Notes under the pieces: generated by a model
Database searches by the model: none
What the model was told of the DNA's origin: nothing
Seen by the model: the letters and a program-made list of their open reading frames with translations, nothing else
Shown here: piece after piece, positions 1 to 8,902 of the stretch
How positions within the stretch are numbered: the first letter of the stretch is position 1
How the letters are laid out: every line of letters begins with the position of its first letter
Virus record (IMG/VR): IMGVR_UViG_3300037961_001274
Span: 1-24,321 of that record
Strand: one strand, 5' to 3'
Length of the DNA: 24,321 nucleotides
Source: a virus
Lineage: Duplodnaviria; Caudoviricetes
Made by a program: the position numbers and the translations under genes

Positions 1-14
1 TCTAAGGAGTCAAT

Positions 15-251
15 ATGCTAGATAAATTACAAAAGTATGCCATGATTATCGGTGTTGTATCTGCCATTGGTGGTGGATTCTATGCTTGGGGTGAGTTTAA
101 TACTAGACTAGATGCGGTATCACAAGCTGTAGGTAGTGACAATGTAGAAAAATTACAACAACAAGTAAACATCCTAGATAAAAAGTTAGAAGTATTAGAA
201 GCTACATTAAATGAGTTTAGGTCTGGGCTAGATAACCCATTAGGTAAATAA
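15..251 (+). CDS. Small membrane-anchored coiled-coil protein (end of late arm)
   Basis: SD AAGGAG upstream; N-terminal hydrophobic segment (YAMIIGVVSAIGGGFYAWG) followed by a heptad-rich region. Confidence 0.6.
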   Translation: MLDKLQKYAMIIGVVSAIGGGFYAWGEFNTRLDAVSQAVGSDNVEKLQQQVNILDKKLEVLEATLNEFRSGLDNPLGK

Positions 252-502
252 TGGAAACAGAATTAATTGCAATGTTATCACAAGCTCCGGCTCTCGTTAT
301 TATTGTTTGGCTTGTTATGAAACAACAGAACGGTAATGGTACAGCTGAAGTTGCTAGAACTATAGCTAGGTCACTAGAAAAATTAGCTGATGCACAACGT
401 GAAGCTAACTTAATAGCCGAGAAACGTGCTAACGCTTTCGATAGATGGGTTGATATACAAAAAATAAATTGTGATTTTCAATCAAGAAAAACTAGAGACT
501 GA
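251..502 (+). CDS. Single-TM holin-like protein (putative)
   Basis: TAATG coupling to the previous ORF; N-terminal TM (APALVIIVWLVM) plus a charged helical tail, like BhlA-type small holins; function inferred only. Confidence 0.4.
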   Translation: METELIAMLSQAPALVIIVWLVMKQQNGNGTAEVARTIARSLEKLADAQREANLIAEKRANAFDRWVDIQKINCDFQSRKTRD

Positions 503-517
503 GACAAGGAAGTGAGA

Positions 518-532
518 TTGTGAGTAAGTTAG
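518..532 (+). repeat. TTGTGAGTAAGTTAG motif, copy at the convergence of the two arms
   Basis: Exact 15-bp match to 12071-12085; 13 bp match the reverse complement of 12678-12690. Confidence 0.85.
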
Positions 533-555
533 ACCCAGCCTCTAGCATGTTGGTA

Positions 556-1074
556 CTAATTGAGTATTTCGTCATACTCTTTTTCATACGCCTGATATTT
601 TTTTGAGTACATATCAGGGTATGTATTCTTGATGTATTCTTTCCAAGATATAAGGGATAAGTTAATGACAGTTTCGTTATTGTGTTCACCCTCTTCCGTT
701 AATTCAATATATGTATTTTGTAATTCTAAATTACTACTTATCTTCCTATATATAATACTACTGGATAATAAGCTCTTTGTCAAACCATCACCGAGTATCT
801 GACGTAGTAACGTAGCTATTAAAGTTTGACAACGATAAAATACATTTTCATGGTAAGCATCAACAAACCATATCTTTGCATGACCAGCTGCTACTAGTGC
901 TATCAAAGTACCAATAGTTTTATCTCTTACACCTACAGTAGCCAAGTCTACATAAAAATTAATTAGTGATTCTTCTACCTCTGTAGTAGTATCTAAGGTA
1001 AAGTAATCATCAATTAAAAATACATCCGACAATCTTGCTATAACTTTTTTGTATTTAATCTCCATACGTTTCAT
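556..1074 (-). CDS. Hypothetical protein
   Basis: 172-aa ORF overlapping the upstream gene; last gene of the leftward arm; no motif recognised. Confidence 0.7.
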   Translation of the reverse strand: MKRMEIKYKKVIARLSDVFLIDDYFTLDTTTEVEESLINFYVDLATVGVRDKTIGTLIALVAAGHAKIWFVDAYHENVFYRCQTLIATLLRQILGDGLTKSLLSSSIIYRKISSNLELQNTYIELTEEGEHNNETVINLSLISWKEYIKNTYPDMYSKKYQAYEKEYDEILN

Positions 1075-1582
1075 AACTCCTTTGTAATAAATTATCTATA
1101 GTTACCCAGTCATCAGTAGTGGTATATAGATAACATTTAGTTACAAATATCTTAGGTATTTTTACACGTTGTAGAATATAAATAATTCTGTCAGGTATTA
1201 AATTGTAATAAATTCTAGTTTTTTCTTTGTTAACTCGTTCATAATTTAGTATCTCTGGTAACTCATAAAACATAACACTGTCGTTTTTCTTAACGTTTTT
1301 ATATGTCATATGTATATAAGTTTCTTTGTTTACATACTCAGCACGTAATTCATTTACATAACTTATAAACTCATTTGCATCTAAGTCTTCTGGTAAAAAT
1401 CTATCTAAGTTTAATTCTTCCCAGTTATTAGAAACCATAGTTAAAAGTTTTGATAGTAAACTTACTCTACTGTCCATAAATAAACTACCTGTTAATAACC
1501 CAGCACCAAACTTGTCTTTCAATAACAAGCACACAATGCCTAAACGTTTTAACATATCTAAGTGATAGTATCTGTCATCCAT
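1055..1582 (-). CDS. Hypothetical protein
   Basis: ORF track 1055..1594; ATG at 1582 (MDDRYY) preferred, with GGAG upstream; no motif recognised. Confidence 0.7.
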   Translation of the reverse strand: MDDRYYHLDMLKRLGIVCLLLKDKFGAGLLTGSLFMDSRVSLLSKLLTMVSNNWEELNLDRFLPEDLDANEFISYVNELRAEYVNKETYIHMTYKNVKKNDSVMFYELPEILNYERVNKEKTRIYYNLIPDRIIYILQRVKIPKIFVTKCYLYTTTDDWVTIDNLLQRSYETYGD

Positions 1583-1923
1583 AAACGTACCCACTCCTTT
1601 ATATTAGGGTTGTATAAAATTTGTTTTTTTGTTTTGTCTAGGGTAGCGAAGAAAAGAAACATACCATTGTCTCGTCTAGCAGCTGTAGTGCACCTCATCA
1701 TTTCTGGTTTAGAAATAAAACCTTTTTTGCATTGTATCCCAAACCAGGTTCGACCCCCACTACGTTTGTTATAAAGACCTATGACTATGTCTGCTTTCCC
1801 TTTGCTACCTCTAGATTCAATTGAATAATATAATAAGTCTTCAATAGTATCTAACATGCTAGACACATCTCTGTTCACCCGTTTCTCAAATCTGTATCCT
1901 GCTTGATATCTTCTATTTACCAT
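1558..1923 (-). CDS. Holliday junction resolvase, Hjc-like PD-(D/E)XK nuclease
   Basis: GYRFEKRV, SRGSKGKADIV and GIQCK match the Hjc pattern G..(F)E, GS...D(L/I), (E/Q)xK. Confidence 0.75.
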   Translation of the reverse strand: MVNRRYQAGYRFEKRVNRDVSSMLDTIEDLLYYSIESRGSKGKADIVIGLYNKRSGGRTWFGIQCKKGFISKPEMMRCTTAARRDNGMFLFFATLDKTKKQILYNPNIKEWVRLWMTDTIT

Positions 1924-1924
1924 C

Positions 1925-2740
1925 TTAATCTACATTATTCGTACACTTGCCTAAATGTGGACAAGTCTTACATATATATTGTGGTACATCAGTAGGCATA
2001 GCTGGAACTTGTTGATTTCTTATAGACCATTTAAGTCGTTTAACTAAATCATCTACAAATGGAAACCAATGTTCGTAGCTCTCTACTACTTTACCCATTT
2101 TCGCATACAATGAATCAACAGATATGATACAAAATTTCATATCCATAGTGCTACGTCTAGTGTATAGCAACACTGCATACGGGACATTTAACCCGTTTTC
2201 TTTAGCTATATAAACCCATAGTAATAATTGTTTCAAATGATATTTCCAATAAGTAAAGTCTTTCCATTTGTATACATCAGTTGATTTTAATTCTATAGGT
2301 ATATAATACTTGTCACCGTTTTTGTCTTCGTATTCTTTTACAAAATCAGTAGTAGCAGCACAATGTATATCGTCATCATTCATTAAATCTACATGTATAG
2401 GAAATTTATTTTGTTCCTCACTGTCAAGACCATGTGTGTGTCCTGGCATTAAGTTAATAATCTTTCCCATAATGTTTTCATTAACAAACCCCATATACAT
2501 ACGTCTTCTAGCTAACGGGTCAGATACAGGTGTACGTTCTGCTTGTTCATTAAATGAATAATATGCTTGACGTATACATGTACCTAAACTAGAGGCACGA
2601 ACTTGTTTGTCACTACCTCTAGCTTTCCATTCTTCAAACCTTGCATCAAATTCTTCGTCCAGAATCTGTTCCGTACAATCACTTAGACTATCAATAAAGG
2701 TCTCTGGATTAGTTATAATTTGCTTGGTTGTTTGACTCAT
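1925..2740 (-). CDS. Cas4-like/RecB-family PD-(D/E)XK exonuclease with Fe-S cysteines
   Basis: ASSLGTCIRQ (first Cys), TTDF...IELKS, QLLLW, and C-terminal CKTCPHLGKC. Confidence 0.8.
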   Translation of the reverse strand: MSQTTKQIITNPETFIDSLSDCTEQILDEEFDARFEEWKARGSDKQVRASSLGTCIRQAYYSFNEQAERTPVSDPLARRRMYMGFVNENIMGKIINLMPGHTHGLDSEEQNKFPIHVDLMNDDDIHCAATTDFVKEYEDKNGDKYYIPIELKSTDVYKWKDFTYWKYHLKQLLLWVYIAKENGLNVPYAVLLYTRRSTMDMKFCIISVDSLYAKMGKVVESYEHWFPFVDDLVKRLKWSIRNQQVPAMPTDVPQYICKTCPHLGKCTNNVD

Positions 2741-3051
2741 TAGTCACCCTCTCTTACCGGTATATCTTCACCCGCCATATCAGTTTCTCTGATAGTAAAG
2801 TTAATTGCTGGTGGGTTAGACCCTTTTGGTTTGTTATTCCAAAAAGCCATAACTTTGTATGCTCTGCCATTTATCTGTATCTGACATGAGTATCCCCAGT
2901 TAGTTTTCCAACCACCACCACATGGTATTAACTTAGCCTTACCATCATTACTTGATGACTGCTGTGCCGGAGCACTACTACCGCCTGAATCATTATTCAA
3001 ACTTGCTCCTCTTGCTACACGTCCAGCTCTTGGTGTGTATGAATTTGCCAT
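2740..3051 (-). CDS. Putative single-stranded DNA-binding protein (small OB-like fold)
   Basis: Start re-assigned to ATG 3051 (SD GGAGG 3058-3062); GGGWK...INGRAYKVMAFWN...NPPAINF core and acidic tail EDIP; sits between polymerase and exonuclease. Confidence 0.45.
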   Translation of the reverse strand: MANSYTPRAGRVARGASLNNDSGGSSAPAQQSSSNDGKAKLIPCGGGWKTNWGYSCQIQINGRAYKVMAFWNNKPKGSNPPAINFTIRETDMAGEDIPVREGD

Positions 3052-3061
3052 TTCTGACCTC

Positions 3062-5221
3062 CTATTGCCAGTTGACGCCATTCTCTTTGACATCCAAAGG
3101 CAGTTGTATTTCAATACCTTTGTTTAATACATCGGGTATTGTTAAATCTAATTCTTCTACAATCTTGTAGACTTTATCTTGTTCTGGTTTGTATATGTCT
3201 AACTCCATAGCATCATGGAACTCTAACCATATGCGTGATACTAATTTTTCCTCACGTAATCTATTAAACACATAAATAATTCTCATCTTGTTTAAGTCAG
3301 CACTAAACGATTGAATAGGAAAATTTACAACTTGAGTAGGATTAAGTCTAGTACCAACACGACCATATGGAGAATAAATATAATGCAATTTCTTTGCCTT
3401 GTCAAGCAGCTTCTGCTGATACTCACGTATCCCTAACTTATCCATTGTACTAATAAAACTTTGTACAACATTGTCTGCCTTTGACATATCTACACCAGCT
3501 TTTACTAGTTGATTCTTTAATCCAAATTCTGAAGACCCATATACAAACGCAAAGTTTAATACTTTAGCGTTCTTTCTAGATATCCCAGCTAATTGTGACA
3601 CTAGTGTATGCATATCAGTGCCCTCGTTATATGCATCTATTAAATATTTACTACCACTAAGGTATGCTAAACAACGTAACTCACTCTGACTAGCATCCAC
3701 TGTAACCAAATTACCATCATTACCAAATACGCTAGCAAAAATGGGACGCACATCGGGAGGTATGTTCTGCATGTTTGGGTTACTCGAACTCATGCGTCCC
3801 GTTATAGTGTTAGCCAAATGTAAATTACAATGTACCAAATCATTATCATCTGTCATATCACCTAGTTTATCTAAATAGGTAGTCGTTAATTTACTCAGCT
3901 TACGGTACTCAATTAACTTGTCGACTACTTCATCATTTAATTTACTAAGAGCATCTATACCTGTACTTTTTATTTTATGTTTTCGTTTCTTTAATAATTG
4001 TAATACCTGTGCAGGACTTGCAGGATTAATCTTATGGGTTGTTTCAAACTCACTTAACAATTTGTTTTCTTTTAATTTAAGAGAAGATAATTGTTTCTTT
4101 AATTTTTTCTTATCTATTTTTATACCACCATGCACCATATAAGCTACTGGTAAAATCATTTCCATATCAATAGCACGGGCATATTCCATGTGATTCCACT
4201 CATTCTTAAAGTCTTGTTTGAATTTATTATACAAACTTAGTGTAGCCCACGCATCACCGCCAGTATACTTTAATAATTTTGGAGTAGGTGAAGCAAAGTC
4301 TTCAACTGTAATTTCTTTCCAATAATTTTCAAGCAGTAGATAACGCTCCGCAAAGTATTTGAGACCACCTTGACGCAAGTTAAACACTAACTCACGTTTT
4401 AATAATAACGTGTCTATGAACTGGCAACGAATACGTGCACCAAACTTATCTATAACTCTGCGAACATCTTCCGCTATATTGTGCCCAACAATAGTCATAG
4501 ACTTGTCTACTAGTATATTCTCTATTGCCTTCTCAGTGTGACTGTCTAACACAAACCCACCAGCTACCGTGCCTGCTGCTAGCCCTACCGAATGTGCAAT
4601 CCCCGTATCAGGATTCCACTCAAAGTCTAACGCTATTAACTTTGTTCTAGCTGCCTGCAATAACACTCGTGACAAATTAGTCGTAAGTGGTATCGGTAGT
4701 AGCACGTTGTGTAGTTCATGCCACACTCTATTCAAGACTTCCGTTACAGTTGTTTGGTTATCAACAACTATAGGCGGAGCATTATGTACCTGAATATTCA
4801 GCGGGAACTTCCCGCTGTATTCCTGCATTGCTTTCTTTGCTGTGTCACCAAAAGTAACAACAGCATCTGGTTTTATTTTTTCTATGTCCTCTACTAAATA
4901 CGTGTTACATTCTCTAATAGACGCAATCTTTATTGTACCCTCAGCCTGTCTACATTTTATAGCGTGTGTTACATACACATTAAATTCTTGTAACCACTCT
5001 TTTGATAACGTAGATAACATGTTTAACAACTTACTATTTTTCATTGACCCCGTGTGGTCATATAACTGTGACGGAGTATCAACAACAAATAGTACAGTCT
5101 TATTACCTGATTGTACTTTTTTGTATTTTAATTTATAACTTTTGCAATTCTCAAATAACCCACATTTCAAACAGTTATCTGGATACGTGGGGTATTTCTG
5201 TTTGCGTTCCTTGTACGTCAT
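3062..5221 (-). CDS. polA: Family A DNA polymerase with N-terminal UDG-family-4-like domain and 3'-5' exonuclease
   Basis: Exo motifs LDFEW, GHNIAED, YTGGD; TGRMSSSNPNMQNIP; motif A DASQSELR; motif B RKNAKVLNFAFVYG; motif C FHDA; N-terminal CLKCGL...THAIKCR...REC...KPDAVVTFG. Confidence 0.95.
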   Translation of the reverse strand: MTYKERKQKYPTYPDNCLKCGLFENCKSYKLKYKKVQSGNKTVLFVVDTPSQLYDHTGSMKNSKLLNMLSTLSKEWLQEFNVYVTHAIKCRQAEGTIKIASIRECNTYLVEDIEKIKPDAVVTFGDTAKKAMQEYSGKFPLNIQVHNAPPIVVDNQTTVTEVLNRVWHELHNVLLPIPLTTNLSRVLLQAARTKLIALDFEWNPDTGIAHSVGLAAGTVAGGFVLDSHTEKAIENILVDKSMTIVGHNIAEDVRRVIDKFGARIRCQFIDTLLLKRELVFNLRQGGLKYFAERYLLLENYWKEITVEDFASPTPKLLKYTGGDAWATLSLYNKFKQDFKNEWNHMEYARAIDMEMILPVAYMVHGGIKIDKKKLKKQLSSLKLKENKLLSEFETTHKINPASPAQVLQLLKKRKHKIKSTGIDALSKLNDEVVDKLIEYRKLSKLTTTYLDKLGDMTDDNDLVHCNLHLANTITGRMSSSNPNMQNIPPDVRPIFASVFGNDGNLVTVDASQSELRCLAYLSGSKYLIDAYNEGTDMHTLVSQLAGISRKNAKVLNFAFVYGSSEFGLKNQLVKAGVDMSKADNVVQSFISTMDKLGIREYQQKLLDKAKKLHYIYSPYGRVGTRLNPTQVVNFPIQSFSADLNKMRIIYVFNRLREEKLVSRIWLEFHDAMELDIYKPEQDKVYKIVEELDLTIPDVLNKGIEIQLPLDVKENGVNWQ
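4800..4816. repeat. 17-bp palindrome copy 1, AGCGGGAACTTCCCGCT (inside polA)
   Basis: Perfect arms, read directly from the sequence. Confidence 0.9.
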
Positions 5222-5393
5222 TTGTCACTTCCTTTTGTAATTGTAATTCTTTTAGTAACCCATCTAAATTACGTTGTAATATTCTTCTCACTATGTGTTC
5301 TTCTAATTTATATTTAATATCATCCCCACGTTTATCGTACTCTAAACCGGTCATAATCTGTGCTGTTACATCATCAATAAATTTAGATATCAT
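5175..5393 (-). CDS. Hypothetical protein
   Basis: 72-aa ORF filling the primase-polymerase gap, SD AAGGAG upstream. Confidence 0.6.
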   Translation of the reverse strand: MISKFIDDVTAQIMTGLEYDKRGDDIKYKLEEHIVRRILQRNLDGLLKELQLQKEVTNDVQGTQTEIPHVSR

Positions 5394-6165
5394 TCTTTTG
5401 TAACTCCTTATTCAATTTTTGAATTGTCCTATATATAGTACCACGGTCACATTCATAAGGTTTAACATCCGAGTCTAATACCACACTATTTATACCATGA
5501 GCATTAAACTTATCATTAAGATAAGATGCCACCACTATTGCGTCAGGGTCAAAAAATATAATACATGACAATCCGTGAGATGCAAGTAAAGGTATAAGTG
5601 AGCCTCTCGGACTAGTGCCTAATAAAGCAAGTGCATCAAACCCTACCCTGTTTACAAACAACCCGTCAACAATAGACTCCACAATAACAACCATCCTATG
5701 TCTAACACTTATAGTTTCTGTTAGCGGTGCGTGTTCTTGTAGCGGACACCAAGAATAATCTGGGTACACCCCATTGACAGGGATTGTTATATATTTGTTC
5801 TTAGACTTACGTACAACATTACGTTTTTGATGACCTGTTAATTGCATATCAACATCATAACATGGTAACACTACTACATCCCCCTTGCCTTTGACGAGAT
5901 AATTTATAGTAGCATACTCCGGTATCTGTCTGTCCTCAAAAAATTTTTTAACATTATCACTTAACTCATAACTGTATTTAGTTACATCAAGTTTAGGTTG
6001 AGATTTATCTCTAACATCAACACCATTGATTAACTCAGACATCCACGGCTCTATCTTACCTGTTTTCTTACAACCAAAACAATGGTATGAGTCTTCGTAT
6101 ATTGCTAGGGATGGTGTTCTGTCATCATGAAACGGACAATGCGCCATTGCTATTACTGTTCCCAT
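5383..6165 (-). CDS. DNA primase (CHC2 zinc finger + TOPRIM)
   Basis: CPFHDDRTPS...HCFGC zinc finger; VIVESIVDG, ALLGT and FFDPD TOPRIM motifs. Confidence 0.92.
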   Translation of the reverse strand: MGTVIAMAHCPFHDDRTPSLAIYEDSYHCFGCKKTGKIEPWMSELINGVDVRDKSQPKLDVTKYSYELSDNVKKFFEDRQIPEYATINYLVKGKGDVVVLPCYDVDMQLTGHQKRNVVRKSKNKYITIPVNGVYPDYSWCPLQEHAPLTETISVRHRMVVIVESIVDGLFVNRVGFDALALLGTSPRGSLIPLLASHGLSCIIFFDPDAIVVASYLNDKFNAHGINSVVLDSDVKPYECDRGTIYRTIQKLNKELQKNDI

Positions 6166-6652
6166 TAATTACCTCCGGTTGAAATTCTGTATGATGATAC
6201 CACATACGTGTGCGTTTGGTCAATCTAGGTGGTGCAGATATACGTACATGAAACATAGTCTGCCCAGGTTTAGTCATCTCACTCGTAATAAAAATACCTT
6301 TATCTAACTCAGGTATAAAACAATATATACAATCAATATTGTTTTCAAAGTATAATATTTTACAAGTTAGATTACTACCCTCGTACTTGTAAGTATTACG
6401 TAACGGCACTATAACTTTTGTACCACCACTTGTAGGACATTTCACACAACTAACATACTTTACTTGGAAACGCAAAGTTGTATCTTTACTATAAGCAAAT
6501 GCATCTACAACTGATACGTGTGAATCGGGGAAAGCTACGTCCCATCCTGGCACACGTAATATTTCTTTTGCAAAAGCGTGTTGAGCTATCTGTCCATTTG
6601 AGTTCTTAACATCCATATTATAACTATGGGGTGTTGACTCTCTTAACTCCAT
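6125..6652 (-). CDS. PD-(D/E)XK endonuclease, homing-endonuclease-like
   Basis: GQIAQ...GWDVAFP...VDAF...RFQVKY resembles I-Ssp6803I-type PD-(D/E)XK proteins. Confidence 0.6.
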   Translation of the reverse strand: MELRESTPHSYNMDVKNSNGQIAQHAFAKEILRVPGWDVAFPDSHVSVVDAFAYSKDTTLRFQVKYVSCVKCPTSGGTKVIVPLRNTYKYEGSNLTCKILYFENNIDCIYCFIPELDKGIFITSEMTKPGQTMFHVRISAPPRLTKRTRMWYHHTEFQPEVINGNSNSNGALSVS

Positions 6653-6660
6653 GTGTTCTC

Positions 6661-7707
6661 CTAAAAAATAGATGTATTTAGATTTGCAAAGTCAATATCT
6701 ACTTTGAATACATCTACTGGTGCTGCTCTTCTTGATTTAATTGTAGTAACATTTCGCACCGTGTCGTACATGTCACCACCTATCCCAAGCACTAAGTCCG
6801 TATGAGCTAAGAGTCCTGCCTTGGCTTCTAACAGTTCCTTTTCACTTGGTAAATTTACATCAGCATTTAACTGATGTGCTGTAATAATAGCTATCTTCTT
6901 ATTCTGAGCTACTCGTTTAAGATTTTCAGATATGTACTCCAACTGAAATCTTTTCTCTTTACTTGCCGGTGCATCTAGTACACTCATGTAATCTAGAAAC
7001 ACTACGTCAGGCATAAGAGAATCTACTTCTACCTCTAACTCTGGTATACCAAACGATGACGAGCATACAGCATAGAAGTCTGGAAACTCATGTGCCGTAG
7101 CTATACGTTCTTTCAACATACCCTCAGAGAAATCTTGTACTGATACAAATAAAACCTTGAGTCCATCTCGTATTGCTTGACGCACTAGTGATAGAAGTAT
7201 AGTTGTTTTACCTCGACCACTGAACGCACACAATACAGCTAACTCTTCTCTACTTACACCATAATAAAATAAACTTAACAAATCGTTAGTTGTATCTGAC
7301 ACAAACTTACTAATAGGTTTAGCTACTGCTTGTGTCGTAATAGCTCTAACATCTGATGCCACATTTATTTTTTCAAGTTTCTTCTCTGGACGCACTCGTG
7401 ATTTAAGAACGTCACCCACTTCCTTTAGTTGCGTAAGTGTTTGTAAGTAATGAATAGACCTGTACCCTACAGCGGTAGTCACTCGCTCTGACATGCCTTT
7501 GAGATAATTAAACTCTGTTGAGTTAAGTTTACCCTTAACAAAATCAAGTAAGTCCGCCTTAGTTATGTCGGTCTTACTCATCATCAACTCATCTAACACT
7601 ATATCAAAGGGCGCATCTAATTTAATCTTCTTTACTATCGGTTCTAATACTTGTCGTTTGTCTTTCTTTAGTAAGAAAGTCATCAAGTTTAGATATGCAT
7701 TATCCAT
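6661..7707 (-). CDS. DnaB-like SF4 replicative helicase
   Basis: Walker A AFSGRGKTT, Walker B VFLDYM, TAHQLN, KSRR arginine-finger region. Confidence 0.9.
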   Translation of the reverse strand: MDNAYLNLMTFLLKKDKRQVLEPIVKKIKLDAPFDIVLDELMMSKTDITKADLLDFVKGKLNSTEFNYLKGMSERVTTAVGYRSIHYLQTLTQLKEVGDVLKSRVRPEKKLEKINVASDVRAITTQAVAKPISKFVSDTTNDLLSLFYYGVSREELAVLCAFSGRGKTTILLSLVRQAIRDGLKVLFVSVQDFSEGMLKERIATAHEFPDFYAVCSSSFGIPELEVEVDSLMPDVVFLDYMSVLDAPASKEKRFQLEYISENLKRVAQNKKIAIITAHQLNADVNLPSEKELLEAKAGLLAHTDLVLGIGGDMYDTVRNVTTIKSRRAAPVDVFKVDIDFANLNTSIF

Positions 7708-7907
7708 TACTCTTCTCCTTTTCCATATAACAATTCATCTCTATAGTCCAACAACTGTTCAACATTACGTTTTACATTGTCAATGTTTAGACCGTGCTGT
7801 TCCATAGCAATCGCAGAGTTTATGATAGCTAAGATAGTTATTCCTTCTTGCTTTTCTTTTTCTGCTTGTGCTCTTGCTTCAGCATTTTTCTCATTGTAAT
7901 AGCTCAT
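7707..7907 (-). CDS. Hypothetical protein
   Basis: ATG 7907 with SD GGAGGTG at 7914-7920. Confidence 0.7.
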   Translation of the reverse strand: MSYYNEKNAEARAQAEKEKQEGITILAIINSAIAMEQHGLNIDNVKRNVEQLLDYRDELLYGKGEE

Positions 7908-7908
7908 G

Positions 7909-7965
7909 TTATTCACCTCCCATTAAAAATATTAGTATAAGTATAACTAGCAGAATCTCACTCAT
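7909..7965 (-). CDS. 18-aa hydrophobic micro-peptide MSEILLVILILIFLMGGE (not in ORF track)
   Basis: SD AAGGAG 5 nt upstream; TAATG overlap with the upstream stop; fills the intergenic gap exactly. Confidence 0.5.
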   Translation of the reverse strand: MSEILLVILILIFLMGGE

Positions 7966-8219
7966 TAAAACTCCTTAGACCACTGTACTATTTCTAGTAG
8001 TAAGTGTTCACGCAAAGGTTTAACATGTGAAAAGAATCCAACAGGGTCACGCATCCACCACTTCCAATAGGTGCTTCGCACATCTTCGACATTAGAAACA
8101 CCATCTTCTATGTAACATGTGTCCCAATAAGACTTAAACTTTTCCTCTGTTAGTCTTTCTCTTACCCCGTGTAATGCTAGTAGTGCTAGTTCCGTTCCTT
8201 CCTTGCTTAGTTTTTGCAA
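7965..8219 (-). CDS. Hypothetical early protein
   Basis: TTG start with SD AAGGAGGT. Confidence 0.7.
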   Translation of the reverse strand: MQKLSKEGTELALLALHGVRERLTEEKFKSYWDTCYIEDGVSNVEDVRSTYWKWWMRDPVGFFSHVKPLREHLLLEIVQWSKEF

Positions 8220-8346
8220 TGTCTACCTCCTTATCTTTCATCGTATCAAAAAAACTTTTACTAGTTTCATTGTATTCACTGCGTTCCGGTGGATAGTACA
8301 TCAACTTGTAGAATGACGCACTCATACCGTTTATCTTTTTACCCAT
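8134..8346 (-). CDS. Hypothetical early protein
   Basis: 70-aa ORF in the operon; its 3' part overlaps the next gene. Confidence 0.5.
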   Translation of the reverse strand: MGKKINGMSASFYKLMYYPPERSEYNETSKSFFDTMKDKEVDIAKTKQGRNGTSTTSITRGKRKTNRGKV

Positions 8347-8349
8347 AGA

Positions 8350-8550
8350 TTATTTCCCCTTTCTGTCTTTATCTCTAGCAATCATGGCTCGTAACACAGC
8401 TTCCTTAACTGCTTGTAGTGTATCATCATCAAGCACGTCACCATTAAAAGAATAGTAATCCTTTTCTATACCATTCTCTATTGTACTAGCTGTGAATCTA
8501 ATAGACATAGACCAATCCATTGCTGGTTGTGTATATTCTTCACTCATCAT
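8350..8550 (-). CDS. Hypothetical early protein
   Basis: SD AGGAGG; coupled to the upstream ORF. Confidence 0.7.
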   Translation of the reverse strand: MMSEEYTQPAMDWSMSIRFTASTIENGIEKDYYSFNGDVLDDDTLQAVKEAVLRAMIARDKDRKGK

Positions 8551-8738
8551 CTTCCTCCTTTTTTTGATTTGATGTCAGGTCTGATTTCGTAATCGGTATC
8601 TCTTTCCTCTTCAGTTTCGTACCATTTACAATACATAACATCATCATTATATAAATACTGAAGACCATAGATGTAACCATCATTATCATCAGTTGGTTTG
8701 TGGTCAAACCAATACACTTTTTCTTTACTTATCATCAT
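8547..8738 (-). CDS. Hypothetical early protein
   Basis: Start re-assigned to MMISKEK (ATG 8738 or 8735), SD GAGGAGG at 8742-8748. Confidence 0.65.
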   Translation of the reverse strand: MMISKEKVYWFDHKPTDDNDGYIYGLQYLYNDDVMYCKWYETEEERDTDYEIRPDIKSKKGGR

Positions 8739-8880
8739 CTTCCTCCTCTGGAACATGGTCATATTGCTCATGCTCCAAATCTTCATGTGCCATTATCTCA
8801 GCGTCCTTCGGGTCATACCCTTCTTCGATATACTTCTCGTAACGTGACTCTAAGAATTGGTCATTGTATTTATTACTCAT
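8725..8880 (-). CDS. 51-aa acidic protein MSNKYNDQFLESRYEKYIEEG... (not in ORF track)
   Basis: SD AAGGAGG upstream; open frame filling the gap. Confidence 0.7.
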   Translation of the reverse strand: MSNKYNDQFLESRYEKYIEEGYDPKDAEIMAHEDLEHEQYDHVPEEEDDDK

Positions 8881-8902
8881 AACATGCAACCTCCTTACCT
8901 TT

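Noticed and set aside
1925-2740. CRISPR-Cas system suggested by the Cas4-like gene
   Set aside because: No repeat-spacer array or other cas genes; the context is replication/recombination.
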